The translations under genes were made by a program, and so were the position numbers. A DNA stretch of 64,000 bases. It comes from Candidatus Dormiibacterota bacterium. Its GTDB lineage: Bacteria; Chloroflexota; Dormibacteria; Aeolococcales; Aeolococcaceae. The DNA lies in contig CAVPXI010000008.1 in NCBI GenBank assembly GCA_963709585.1, forward strand, positions 1-64,000, written 5' to 3'. Positions 39,693 to 50,353 of the stretch are shown piece after piece; the stretch's first letter is position 1; the number at the start of each line of letters is the position of its first letter. Under the pieces are notes generated by a model. That model worked only from the letters and a program-made list of their open reading frames with translations. It did not search any database and had not been told where the DNA came from.

Positions 39693-40466
39693 CTAGTCCA
39701 CCTGTTCCGTGGGACGAACGAGCACCTCGTTGATGGCGACGTGGCGAGGCCGGGAGACGATGTACGCGATCGCATCGGCGATGTCCTCGGCAGTGAGTCG
39801 CTCGATCGACGCGAAGCGCTGGCGCAACCCGGTCAGGATCTCCGGCCGGTTGTGTGACGCAAGCTCGGTGGCGACGGCGCCCGGTTCCACCAGCGACACC
39901 CGGACGTGCCGGGTGGTGACCTCCTTTCGCAAGGCGTCGCTGAACGCACCAACCCCGTGCTTGGTCGCGTTGTAGACGCCACTGCCGTTGCGCGTCTCGC
40001 GCCCGGCGACCGAGCTGATGTTCACCAGGTCGGCGACCTGACGGGGACTGTCCTCCGCGGCGCGAAGCAGGTGCGGCAGCGCGGCGTGCGTGCAGTAGAG
40101 CAGCCCGAGGACGTTGATCCGCACCATCCGGTCCCACTCGTCGACGGGGGCGTCGACGACCGGTCCAAGCAGCATCACGCCCGCGTTGTTGACCAGCGTG
40201 TCGAGGCGTCCAAGCTCGCCGACCGTCTGCTCCACCGCCCGTTCCGCCTCGGTTTGGTTGGTGATGTCGGCCGTGATCACCGTTGCCGTCGCGCCGTCTG
40301 CGCGAAGCCGCTTGGCCAGTTCCTCCAGACGCTCCGAGCGGCGGGCGACCAGTGCCACACCGGCGCCCAGAGCTGCGAGCGCTATGGCCGTCGCCTCACC
40401 GATGCCGCTCGACGCGCCGGTGACGAGCGCGACGGTGCCGTCAAGGGATCGGTTCTGTGTCGCCAT
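39693..40466 (-). CDS. Short-chain dehydrogenase/reductase
   Basis: TGASSGIG, NNAGVM, YNATK. Confidence 0.93.
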   Translation of the reverse strand: MATQNRSLDGTVALVTGASSGIGEATAIALAALGAGVALVARRSERLEELAKRLRADGATATVITADITNQTEAERAVEQTVGELGRLDTLVNNAGVMLLGPVVDAPVDEWDRMVRINVLGLLYCTHAALPHLLRAAEDSPRQVADLVNISSVAGRETRNGSGVYNATKHGVGAFSDALRKEVTTRHVRVSLVEPGAVATELASHNRPEILTGLRQRFASIERLTAEDIADAIAYIVSRPRHVAINEVLVRPTEQVD

Positions 40467-40532
40467 GGGATCAGTAGCGTGCCATAGGCGCGCCCGGCGA
40501 GCGTGGCTGGTCGATCGTGTCAAAGTAGACCC

Positions 40533-40964
40533 GTGGACAGCGACGGCTACGGCTACACGTCAGACGATCGCGGGAGCGCGCGGCTCCTCGACGACTTGCG
40601 CACCCTCTCGCCGTCGGCGATCGAGCGCGTGGCGCACGGCTGGGAGTCGCACGCACTGCCGCATCTCGACCGGTATCACGCCGCCGAGACCGCGGCGCTC
40701 GAGGCCATCGAGAGCGCTCACCGCACCACCGACTGGGAGGCTCTCCAGCGTCAGATTCTCGATCTCACCGAGGGTCGCACATCGCTCGTGTCGTGGAAGG
40801 TCGAACACGGGCAGACCGGCCATCACGCCGAGTCGGCGGCGCTCGGCGCAGCGCTCGCGCTGCACGCCGCGGGATACCTCGACCGGGCCCACACCCAAAC
40901 GCTCGCGCGTCCCATGGCGGAGGCGTTGCCGTGGCTGCTCAGCCTGCCCGGCGGGACCGCGTAG
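40533..40964 (+). CDS. Hypothetical helical protein
   Basis: ORF fills the gap with GC3-biased codons; no recognised motif. Confidence 0.55.
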   Translation: MDSDGYGYTSDDRGSARLLDDLRTLSPSAIERVAHGWESHALPHLDRYHAAETAALEAIESAHRTTDWEALQRQILDLTEGRTSLVSWKVEHGQTGHHAESAALGAALALHAAGYLDRAHTQTLARPMAEALPWLLSLPGGTA

Positions 40965-40985
40965 CCGCGCACGACTGCCCGAGGT

Positions 40986-43352
40986 CTACTCGCTGACCAG
41001 CTCGTAGTCGGGATTCAGGATGGCGAGCCGGCGCGTCCACGATCCGACCATCCCTTCGACGATCAAACGTGCTCCGGGCTCGATGCCGGGAATCTTCGGG
41101 CGCCCCTGGAACACGAGCAGGAGCACGCCGGTATCGTCGGTGATCTCGCATTCGAGGTTGGCCGTGCCCTTGGCGGTCTGCACCCGCAACGACCGGATCC
41201 GGCCGGCGACCCGGACGCGGGTGCGCCAGGCCACTTCGCTGATGGGGATGGTGCCGGTCGCCCGACGAGCAAGCTCTCGATCCACACCCGCGCCACGCAT
41301 CGGCTTGCGGCGGCCTGCGTCGTGCTGCGCGTGTGGCCTCACCTTGCGCCGCTGCGCGGATTCGAGGTTGAACGGAACGATCGTCGCGGCCACATGAGCG
41401 ACCGTGCCGACCGCGTCGGCGATGCCGTCGGCGGTGCGATCGTGCAGCACCCGCGCAAGCCGCGAGTTGAACGCGCGACGCGGGAGGAGCACCGTGCACT
41501 CCGTCTTTCCGTCGGCGACAATATCGGCGACGTACTCGAGCGCCGCTCGTTCCAGGCGGCGGTCCCGGCACTCCACGATGTCGAGCGGCAGGTGTGCGAG
41601 GCCCAACCTGCTCCATTCGTCCTTGAGCTGTTCGGTGGCTACGGCATCGATGTCGAAATGCACCGCGCGCACTTCGTCCGGCCGCAGCGTGCGCGCGTAC
41701 TGCACCGCTCGCGCCGCGGCCATGTCGAGTTGACCCACGAGCACAAGAACGACGTGACGTTGCAGGACCGGCGCTTCGGCGGCTGCGGCCGCCCCGGTCT
41801 CCAGCTGCTTCTCCTCCGCCACGTACTGCCGGTGGAGCCGGATCAGTCCGTAGTACAGAGGTGGCCCGACCACGATCACGATCCAGGCGCCCTCGAAAAA
41901 CTTGGTGACCATCAGAATCCCCACGACGGCGACCGAAAGCGCTCCCGCAAACCCGTTGATCACCGCGCCGAGGCGCCACCGCCTGGCGCGTTGGGTCAGA
42001 TGATGTTTGAGCATGCCGAACCCGGCAAAGGAGAATCCCGTGAAGACGCCGATCGCGTAGAGACCGACCAGCGAGTTGAGGTTCGCTTTGAACACGATGA
42101 TCAGGAGGATCGCCACCGCGGCGAGCACGAAGATGCCGTTCGAGAATGCAAGCCTGTGGCCGCGCCTGGTCAGCTGGCGCGGCAGGAATGAGTCGCCGGC
42201 GACGAAGCTCGCCAGGTAGGGAAACCCGTTGAAGCTGGTGTTGCCACCCGTGAAGAGGATCATCACCGTCGCCGCCTGCACGAGATAGAAGAGCCCGGTG
42301 CCCACCCACGTGTTGCCGAGGACGTACTGCACCTCCTGCGAGACCACCGTCGGGCTGCCACTGGCATACGGAACCGCGTGGGTCCAGTGCGCGAGCAACG
42401 ACGTCCCCAGGACGAGGAACCCTAGGATCCCGCACATGACCAGGAGCGCGATGCGTCCGTTTCGCGCTTCGGGTTTGCGGAAGCTGGAGATGCCGTTGGA
42501 GACTGCCTCCATCCCGGTGAGCGAGGATCCGCCATTTGCAAAGGCGCGCAGGCAGTAGAAGATCCCCAGCCCCATGAGGAATCCGCGCTGATTACCGATT
42601 GGATAACCGAGCATGCCGGCGCTCGGGAGTGCATGCACGTGCAGCCCACCGAGTACACCCTTGACAAGCCCGATGATCACCACGAGTGACAGTGACACCA
42701 CGTAGAAATACGTGGGGATCGCAAAGATGGAGCCCGCTTCGCGGATCCCGCGCAGATTCCCGAACAGCATGAGCAGTGTGACCGCGACAGTGATTCCGAT
42801 CGTGATTGCGGTCGGCCTCAGCGCTGGAAATGCCGACGACAGCGCCGCGGTCCCCGCCGACGTCTGCACGGCGACCGTGACCGTGTAGTCGATGAGCAAT
42901 GCCACCGCTGCCACCTGCGCGACGTTCGGTCCGAAGTTGTCGCGCGCCACCACGTAGGACCCACCGCTCTTCGTATAGACACCGATGACCTGGATGTACG
43001 AGATCATTACAAAGACCATCACGGCGAGGATCGCCAGCGTGATGGGGATAACCATCGCGAATGCGGCGAGCCCGATGATCGGCACCATGACGACCAACAT
43101 CTCTTCGGTGCCGTACGCGGACGACGAGATCATGTCCGGAGCCAGCACTCCGATTGCGACGGGCGTGGCGAGCCGCTCCTGGGTCAGTTGTTCCGACACC
43201 ATCGGTGGGCCGAGGATGCGGTTCTTGAGCCGGTACGCCCAGGACTCGGGATAAGACCCCCCTCCCGGTGCGTAGGGGACGTCGGGAGCCAGTGGGCGCG
43301 AGGGCGCCAGCGGCAGACCCTGAGGCTCTTCCACGGCCGCAGTATGCCCCAT
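40986..43352 (-). CDS. KimA-like APC-family K+ transporter with C-terminal OB-fold
   Basis: DMISSSAYGTEE, GGSYVVARDN, LTGMEAVSNG, RGHRLAFSNG; tail VRVAGRIRSL..EITDDTG..LVFQGR.KIPGIEPG..NPDYEL. Confidence 0.88.
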   Translation of the reverse strand: MGHTAAVEEPQGLPLAPSRPLAPDVPYAPGGGSYPESWAYRLKNRILGPPMVSEQLTQERLATPVAIGVLAPDMISSSAYGTEEMLVVMVPIIGLAAFAMVIPITLAILAVMVFVMISYIQVIGVYTKSGGSYVVARDNFGPNVAQVAAVALLIDYTVTVAVQTSAGTAALSSAFPALRPTAITIGITVAVTLLMLFGNLRGIREAGSIFAIPTYFYVVSLSLVVIIGLVKGVLGGLHVHALPSAGMLGYPIGNQRGFLMGLGIFYCLRAFANGGSSLTGMEAVSNGISSFRKPEARNGRIALLVMCGILGFLVLGTSLLAHWTHAVPYASGSPTVVSQEVQYVLGNTWVGTGLFYLVQAATVMILFTGGNTSFNGFPYLASFVAGDSFLPRQLTRRGHRLAFSNGIFVLAAVAILLIIVFKANLNSLVGLYAIGVFTGFSFAGFGMLKHHLTQRARRWRLGAVINGFAGALSVAVVGILMVTKFFEGAWIVIVVGPPLYYGLIRLHRQYVAEEKQLETGAAAAAEAPVLQRHVVLVLVGQLDMAAARAVQYARTLRPDEVRAVHFDIDAVATEQLKDEWSRLGLAHLPLDIVECRDRRLERAALEYVADIVADGKTECTVLLPRRAFNSRLARVLHDRTADGIADAVGTVAHVAATIVPFNLESAQRRKVRPHAQHDAGRRKPMRGAGVDRELARRATGTIPISEVAWRTRVRVAGRIRSLRVQTAKGTANLECEITDDTGVLLLVFQGRPKIPGIEPGARLIVEGMVGSWTRRLAILNPDYELVSE

Positions 43353-43407
43353 GCCGGAGATGGCGGCGATACCGCCGGACCCGTGAACGACCTGCTTGAA
43401 TGGAGCC

Positions 43408-44097
43408 GTGCACATCGTCATCGTCGGCTGCGGGAGGGTCGGCTCCGGCCTCGCTCGTGCCCTCGAAGCCGAGGGTCACACGGTGTCGGTCATCGACCGC
43501 AATCGCAGGGCTTTCCGCCGTCTTCCCGCCGACTTCAAGGGGCTCATCGTCGAGGGGTCCGGGTTCGACAGGGACGCCCTCAACGACGCGAAGATTGCAC
43601 AGGCGGACGCTTTCGCCGCGGTGACCTCGGGCGACAACTCCAATATTCTCGCTGCCCGCATCGCCCGCGAAACCTTCGGCGTCGAGCGCGTCGTGGCGCG
43701 CATCTACGACCCGCAGCGTGCCCAGGTGTACCAACGACTTGGGATCCCCACCGTGGCGACGGTCACATGGACGGTGGATCAGGTGCGCAGCTGGTTGCTG
43801 CCTGAGGAGCTCTCACCCCACTGGCGTGACGCCACGGGCTCGCTGCTGCTCATGGACCGCGTCCTTCCCGAGCACCTTGCGGGACAGAAACTGTTGTCGT
43901 TGGAGATAGACGGCAAGGTGCGCCTCGTGGCGGTCACCCGGGCGGGCGTCCCTCGACTTGACGCCAGAGGCCTGGTCGGTCAGGACGGCGACCTGCTCCA
44001 TTTCGCGGTGATGAAGGACGACCTCGACGAGCTGGCAGCTCTGCTCGCGCCGCCGAAGCCGGCAGCACTCGCCGTCGCCGCCAAGGTGGAGTCGTGA
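43408..44097 (+). CDS. TrkA-family RCK protein (CeoB-like)
   Basis: GCGRVG, AAVTSGDNSNI, VARIYDP. Confidence 0.93.
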   Translation: MHIVIVGCGRVGSGLARALEAEGHTVSVIDRNRRAFRRLPADFKGLIVEGSGFDRDALNDAKIAQADAFAAVTSGDNSNILAARIARETFGVERVVARIYDPQRAQVYQRLGIPTVATVTWTVDQVRSWLLPEELSPHWRDATGSLLLMDRVLPEHLAGQKLLSLEIDGKVRLVAVTRAGVPRLDARGLVGQDGDLLHFAVMKDDLDELAALLAPPKPAALAVAAKVES

Positions 44098-44789
44098 AGG
44101 TCGCCGTTGCAGGGGGTGGGAGCGTCGGCATGGCTGTCGCCTCCGACCTCAAGGAACACGGTCACGACGTCTTCATCCTCGAGGTCGACCCCGAGCAGGT
44201 GGCCCGATTCCAGCCACACGTCGATGTTCGATGGATCGTGGCCGACGCCTGCGAGGTGTCGTCTTTGCAGGCCGCAGGCATGGCCGAGGTCGACGTGATG
44301 GTGGCGGCCACCGGCGACGACGAGGACAACCTCGTTATCTCGCTGCTGTCGAAGCAGGAGTTCGCGGTTCCGCGAGTGATTTCGCGCGTCAACAACGCAA
44401 GCAACCAGTGGCTGTTCACAGAGAGCTGGGGGGTCGACGTCCCGGTCTCGACGCCACAGCTGTACACCGCGCTCGTCGAAGAGGCCGTGTCGATCGGTTC
44501 CCTGGTGCACTTGATGAGCTTCGAGGGAGCGTCGGCGCATCTGCTCGAAGTCACGCTGGCAGAGGATTCGCCCGCCCTCGGCCTGCCGATCGGCGAGCTC
44601 GGTCTCCCGCGGGAGTCAGCGATTGTCGCCATCGTCCGCCGCGATCACATGATCATTCCCGACCCGGAGACCTGTCTGTGGGCGGGAGACGAGGTGATCG
44701 TGCTCGCGATGGTCGAAAGCGAGCGCGCGATCCAGACCATCCTAGTGGGCGACGCGCCGGCGACCGTCCCCGCGCCCACGCTCGCGTAG
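44094..44789 (+). CDS. TrkA-family RCK protein (CeoC-like)
   Basis: GGGSVG, ATGDDEDNLV, WGVDV.VSTP; C-terminal RCK_C. Confidence 0.93.
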   Translation: MKVAVAGGGSVGMAVASDLKEHGHDVFILEVDPEQVARFQPHVDVRWIVADACEVSSLQAAGMAEVDVMVAATGDDEDNLVISLLSKQEFAVPRVISRVNNASNQWLFTESWGVDVPVSTPQLYTALVEEAVSIGSLVHLMSFEGASAHLLEVTLAEDSPALGLPIGELGLPRESAIVAIVRRDHMIIPDPETCLWAGDEVIVLAMVESERAIQTILVGDAPATVPAPTLA

Positions 44790-44821
44790 CCGCAGTCGCG
44801 CGGCCTCGCGGGGCGCTTCGC

Positions 44822-45550
44822 ATGTACGTCGACGAGCGTCCAGGCCGCGATCCTGCGACTGTGTGGCTCCATCACGGCGCGGGGTCGACGCGCGCGTGGG
44901 AGACGTTCCTCCCCGCTGCAGCCGGGGGACGCCGGGCGATCGTCTATGACCGTCGAGGATTCGGGCGCTCGTCCCACGCTCGCCGTCTCACGACCGCCAT
45001 GTTCGACGAGGACGTGGCGGAGCTGCGCGCCCTGGTCGGCGAACGGTGCGACCAGCCCGTGCATCTGATCGGGCACAGTGACGGCGGCACGGTCGCGCTG
45101 CTCCTCGCCGCTCGGGCGCCGGAGCTGGTGCTCAGCGTCGCGGTGGTGTCGGTCCACGTGCGCGCTGACCGCACGACCGTGGCTACACTCCGGCGCATGG
45201 GTCCGCCGGAGGAGTGGCCTGACCCGATGCGGCGCAGCCTTCGGCGCGCTCACGGTGAGGACTGGGTCGACGTGGCCGGCCGCTGGTACGCGCTCTGGAC
45301 GTCATCGGAGTGGGAGCGCTGGAGCGCCGTCGACGAGCTTGCCGCGGTTGGCTGTCCCGTCTATGCGATGCACGGGCTCCACGATGACCTATCGCCGCCG
45401 CTCCACGCGGAGGTGATCGGCGATGTCCTGCCCGGGGCGCGGGTCACCTGGGTCGACACGGCGACGCACGACCCTCACCGCGCCGAGCCGGAGCGGTTTG
45501 GCAGCGACGTGCAGTCCCTCTGGCGAGACGCCGAGGCCCGCGGTGGCTGA
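44822..45550 (+). CDS. Alpha/beta hydrolase
   Basis: HHGAGS, YDRRGFGRS, GHSDGG nucleophile elbow, C-terminal His. Confidence 0.85.
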   Translation: MYVDERPGRDPATVWLHHGAGSTRAWETFLPAAAGGRRAIVYDRRGFGRSSHARRLTTAMFDEDVAELRALVGERCDQPVHLIGHSDGGTVALLLAARAPELVLSVAVVSVHVRADRTTVATLRRMGPPEEWPDPMRRSLRRAHGEDWVDVAGRWYALWTSSEWERWSAVDELAAVGCPVYAMHGLHDDLSPPLHAEVIGDVLPGARVTWVDTATHDPHRAEPERFGSDVQSLWRDAEARGG

Positions 45551-47098
45551 GCACTTCAACTGCAGCGAGTGGCTCGTCGATCGCCACGTCGAAGCCGGGT
45601 ACGGCGCGCGCACCGCATTGCGCTGCGGCGATGCAGCGATCACGTACGCGGAATTGCTCGACGCAGTGAGCGCCGCTTCGGGGGACTCCGCGGCCTCGGT
45701 GTCCGGGCGGAGGAGCGCGTTGTGATGATCCTTCGCGACGGCATCGAGCTCGCGATCGCAATTCTCGGTGCGATGCGGATCGGAGCGATCGCGCTTCCGG
45801 TCAACCCGCTGCTGCCGCCGCGCGATCTCGCGGCCATCGCCCGCGACGCTCGCGCCCGGTGCGCGATCGTCTCCGCCGATGCCATATCGATGATCGCCGC
45901 GCTGACAGCGGATGCGCCCGACCTCACCGCGCTGGTACGCGTCGGCCCGAGCGACGGCGGTGACGCAACAGGCCATCTCTGGTCCGAGGTCCTCGCGAGC
46001 GGCGGCGACGGGAGCGTCGACGAGACCTCGACCGAATCCCCCTGTTTCTGGCTTTGCACGTCCGGCACCACCGGCCGCCCGAAGCTCGCGATGCACCGTC
46101 ACGCCGACGTGCGCACCACCTGCGACGGCTACGCCCGCGAAGTGCTGGCGGTGCAGCCGGGTGACAAGCATCTCTCGGTGGCTCCGATGTTCCACGCCTA
46201 CGGGTTCGGCAACTCGCTCACGTTCCCGCTCGCCGCCGGCGCGGAAGCGGTGCTCGAACCCACCCGTCCGCCAACCCCGGCGCGCGTGGCGGCGCTGATG
46301 GACCGGCACCGGCCGACGCTCTTTTTCGCGGTACCCACGTTCTACGCCGCGCTGATCGCCGCCGACATTCCAGACACGACCTTCGGCTCACTTCGCCAGG
46401 CCGTCTCCGCGGGTGAGGCCTTGCCCGCGGAACTGTTCCTGCGCTTCCGCGAACGCTTCGGCGTCGAGATCCTCGACGGGATCGGATCGACCGAGATGAC
46501 CCACATCTTCATCTCCAACCGTGCCGGTCACGCGGTGCCGGGCGCGTCCGGAACACCTGTCGGCGGACACGGGGTCCGGGTGCTCGACGACCTGGGCGAC
46601 GAGGTCGCCGTTGGTTCGCCTGGTCAGCTCTGGGTGACTGGCGCCGCCGCAGCGACCGGCTACTGGTGTCGAAGTGAGGAGACCCGGCGGACGTTCGTCG
46701 GGGATTGGGTCGCCACCGGCGACCTGTACGCGGTCGACGCGGATGGGATGTACCGCCACCTCGGCCGTCGCGACGACATGCTGAAGGTCGGTGGCGAGTG
46801 GGTCTCACCCGCCGAGGTGGAGCGTGTGCTGCTCGGCCACGAGTGCGTCGCCGAGGTGGCCGTGGTCGGCGCCCTTGCCGGAGATGGGCTCATGCGCACC
46901 GTCGCGTTCGCCGTGCCGCGCCCTGGAGTGCAGTTCGATGCCGACGACGTGCTGGCGCGCTGCCGCGCCGAGCTTGCCGGCTATAAGCGCCCGCGGCGTC
47001 TGATCGTCGTCGAGACGCTGCCGAAGACCGCGACCGGGAAGGTGATTCGCGCCGAGCTCCGGCGCGAGGCGACCCGCGTGCTCGCCGACGGAGGCTGA
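45543..47098 (+). CDS. Benzoate-CoA ligase family protein, frameshift near the G run at 45680-45684
   Basis: FNCSEWLVDRH, TSGTTGRPK, FHAYGFGNSL.FP, DGIGSTEM.HIFISN. Confidence 0.9.
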
Positions 47099-47104
47099 GC
47101 GCCG

Positions 47105-48523
47105 CTAGGTCAGGTGGACGTACTCGTAGTCCACGGACTGGCCGTTGATGCCGGTGGAAGGCGGAGCGATCCATGCGGCCATCCTGCCGGGCTCGAAGAC
47201 AGGCTTCATCAATGACTGGACGTGGTCGAAATCGTCTTCTGTCGGAAGCCACTCCGATCGATGTCGCTCCCAGCTCTCGGCATCGGTGAGTGCTCCACCC
47301 GGGGTCACCCAATGACCGGCAAACGCACCCACACGACGGTTGAACCCGTGATGGGGCAGGGCCAACGTTCTGTCAACGCCTGCCTCCTCGAGGATGCGGT
47401 TCCAGCGGCGCACGCCGTTGTTGCAATCGGTGAAGTATTCGGATCGGAGATCCTGGTTCAGCGCGATCAGGGCAGGGATATCGGCGCGCTCGATGCGCCC
47501 GTCGACAACCACGTCAACGCCGGCGGTGAGCTCGGTGAGCTGGTGGTCGTCGGCTCGGCGCTCTTCCTGCCAGCGGCCCTTGAGGCCGGCGGTGAAGTAA
47601 TTGGCGACGTTGGTGGAGCGCTCGCCGCCGAACAGGTCGAGGGAGACGCTGTAGTGGAAATTCAAATAGCGCTGGAGGATGTCGAGCGGAATACCGCCGT
47701 ATCGCCCGATGCCATCGGTGTCGTGCTCGCGCATGAGCGCAGCGGTACGCCGGACCACGCGGTCGATGCCGGTGGTCCCGACCATCATGTGGTGCGCCTC
47801 CTCACGAAGCATGAACCTGCAGGTGCGGGAGAGCGGGTCGAACCCACTTTCGGCGAGCGTGCCGAGCTGGAATTTCCCATCGCGGTCGGTGAAGTACGTG
47901 AACATGAAGAAGGCGAGCCAGTCTCGCGTCGGTTCATTGAACGCGCCGAGGATGCGCGGCGCATCCACGCTCCCGGAATGGCGCATGAGGAGCTCCTCAG
48001 CCTGCTCGCGCCCTTCGCGCCCGAAGAAGGCGTGGAGCAGATAGACCATCGCCCAGAGATGACGGCCCTCCTCGACATTCACCTGAAACAGGTTGCGGAG
48101 GTCGTAGAGGCTCGGCGCCGTGAATCCGAGCAGCCGCTGCTGCTCCACCGACGCCGGCTCGGTGTCCCCCTGGACGACGAGCAGGCGCTGCAGCTCGGCG
48201 CGATATTCCCCAGGCACCTGCTGCCATGCCTGCGTTCCCATGTGCTCGCCAAAGGCGATGCGCCGGTCGGGCTCGCGGTCGGCCAGGAAGATTCCCCATC
48301 GATACTCCTCGAGCGGGATGTGACCGAAATGAGCCCAGCCGTCGCGGTCCGCGCTGATGGCGGTGCGGAGATACACGTCGCGCGCGATCAGATCCGGTCC
48401 GAGGTCACGCCACCACTGCATGAACCGCGGTTGCCAGGCCTCGAGCGCGCGTTGCAGACGGCGGTCGCCGCGGAGATCCACGTTGTTGGGGATGCGGTCC
48501 GTGTAATCGGCGCTGAGGCTCAT
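47105..48523 (-). CDS. boxB: Benzoyl-CoA 2,3-epoxidase diiron subunit
   Basis: IPNNVDL, YLRTAIS, QGDTEPASVEQQ, VEEGRH, FTDRDGK, EEAHH. Confidence 0.95.
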   Translation of the reverse strand: MSLSADYTDRIPNNVDLRGDRRLQRALEAWQPRFMQWWRDLGPDLIARDVYLRTAISADRDGWAHFGHIPLEEYRWGIFLADREPDRRIAFGEHMGTQAWQQVPGEYRAELQRLLVVQGDTEPASVEQQRLLGFTAPSLYDLRNLFQVNVEEGRHLWAMVYLLHAFFGREGREQAEELLMRHSGSVDAPRILGAFNEPTRDWLAFFMFTYFTDRDGKFQLGTLAESGFDPLSRTCRFMLREEAHHMMVGTTGIDRVVRRTAALMREHDTDGIGRYGGIPLDILQRYLNFHYSVSLDLFGGERSTNVANYFTAGLKGRWQEERRADDHQLTELTAGVDVVVDGRIERADIPALIALNQDLRSEYFTDCNNGVRRWNRILEEAGVDRTLALPHHGFNRRVGAFAGHWVTPGGALTDAESWERHRSEWLPTEDDFDHVQSLMKPVFEPGRMAAWIAPPSTGINGQSVDYEYVHLT

Positions 48524-48524
48524 G

Positions 48525-50226
48525 TCATACCCGTTCCTTGTCCAGCGATGCGCGTTGACCGCTGCCGTAGCGGCGGAGCGCGCCTGCCGGGCCGATTGCG
48601 TTGGGGCGGCTGAACACCCAATTCTGCCAGGCGGTGAGACGGCCGAAGATCTTGGTTTCCATCGTCTCGGGACCGACGAATCGCACGTTCGCCTCCATGG
48701 CGGTGAGCGCGTCGGGGCTGAACGCTGCGCGCTGCTCGAGCGCGATGCGCAGCTCGTCCTCCCAGTCGATGGCATCGGGGGCGAAGGTCACCAGCCCGAG
48801 CTCCGATGCCGCAGCGGCGTCAAGGGAGACCCACGTTGCCGCACGAGCCGCCTCGAGATCGGACGCGCGCCCGAAGAATCGCGCCTCGAGGCGTGAGAGG
48901 TCATTGCCCATCGGGTATAGGCCGGTGTTCGCATCGGTGATCACGATCACCGATGGATGCTGACCCTCCTCCATCGTGCCGTCGAGCATGAACTGCTGGT
49001 CGCACGCGAGCGCGAGTTCGAGCAGGAGTTCCGCCAAAACATCCGCCCGGTTCGATCGACGCCACCAGGCTGCGGCTGGTCACGTCCACACGTTTGAACA
49101 CGCGCTTGAGCAGAAGCACCACCTCGTTGACGAACCAGTCCGACGCACGGTGCTCGAGCAGGAACCGGTCGTGTGCGAGGACGCGGGACATGTCGCCCAC
49201 AGTCTTGATGACCCAGGTTCCCAGGGTGAGCTCGTTGGTCCGGAGGCGAAGGATCAGGTCGTCGAGCTCACGGGCAACGGCGAGCGGCCAGTACCTGCTT
49301 CCCAGGTCGCGTGCTGCTTCGGCATTCTCCGGAGCGGGCTGCTCGGGCCCGATGACGGTGATGGTGACCACGCCCGTGGTCCGGTCGAGCGTGGCGGTGA
49401 CGTGTTCGTAGGCGATCCCATCACTGTCCGACGATGTGGTGAGCGGTTCGAGTGCAACACCATGGGATCGCTTCGCGCGCGAGGAACCCGCTGCGATCGC
49501 CTCGGCGCGGGCGCGCACCAGGTCGTCGAACTGCCCACGTGGAATCGCCGAGTCGACCAGCCCCCATTTCACCGCCGCCGGTGCCTTGACGCCCTCGCTC
49601 TTGGTGACGAAGACGTCGGTGAGATCCCGGCGCACATGCCGTTTGTCGCCGAGACGGGTCAGCCCCCCGGTCGCCGGGAGCACCGCGAGGAGCGGCAGTT
49701 CGGGGAGCGACACCGCCGACGATCCGTCGTCGATGAGCAGGATCTCATCGCAAGCGAGCGCCAGCTCGTACCCTCCTCCGGCGGCGGCACCGTTGACGGC
49801 CGCGATGTATCTCTGTCCGGAGTTGGCGCTCGCGTCCTCCATCTCCAGCCGCGTCTCGTTCGTGAACTTGCAGAAATTGACCTTCCACGGATGCGTGGCC
49901 TGCGCGAGCATCCCGATGTTGGCGCCGGCCGAGAAGCACCGGTTCTTTGCCGAGGTGACGACCACGCACCCGACCTCCGGGTGCTCGAAGCGCAGACGCT
50001 GGACCGCGTCGTGCAGCTCGATGTCCACGCCCAGGTCATACGAGTTCAGCTTCATGACGTAGCCCGGACGCAGCCCTCGCTGCTCGTCGACGTCCATCGT
50101 GAGCGTGGCGACAGCGCCATCAATGCTGAGACGCCAGTGCACGTAGTGCTCCGGGTCCGTGGCGAACGACACCGCCGGGACGCGGTCATCGGTCGTGGCG
50201 ACCTTCTCGGCGGCTTCGAGCATCAT
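48525..50226 (-). CDS. boxC: 2,3-epoxybenzoyl-CoA dihydrolase, frameshift near 49027
   Basis: KLNSYDLGVDIEL.DAVQRLRFEHP, KVNFCKFTNETR; second frame ETMETKIFGRLTAWQNW. Confidence 0.92.
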
Positions 50227-50334
50227 CGACTTATACCTCCGGGGAGCGTGCGAAGTCCCTCCATTATGGACGCCGACTCCGGACCGCCTTCCCGGAGCCC
50301 GACGCCTTTGCGTCGCTTGATCCCGGGTTCTATG

Positions 50335-50351
50335 TCTGACTAAGAGTCAGA
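50335..50351. promoter_or_regulatory. Palindromic operator before the MarR-GNAT gene
   Basis: TCTGACT-AAG-AGTCAGA, 2 nt before the ATG. Confidence 0.65.
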
Positions 50352-50353
50352 GA

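Noticed and set aside
45675-45690. Programmed frameshifting or phase variation at G runs (also 63714-63719)
   Set aside because: The runs are only 5-6 nt, with no slippery heptamer or stimulatory structure, and similar indels are scattered across the window.
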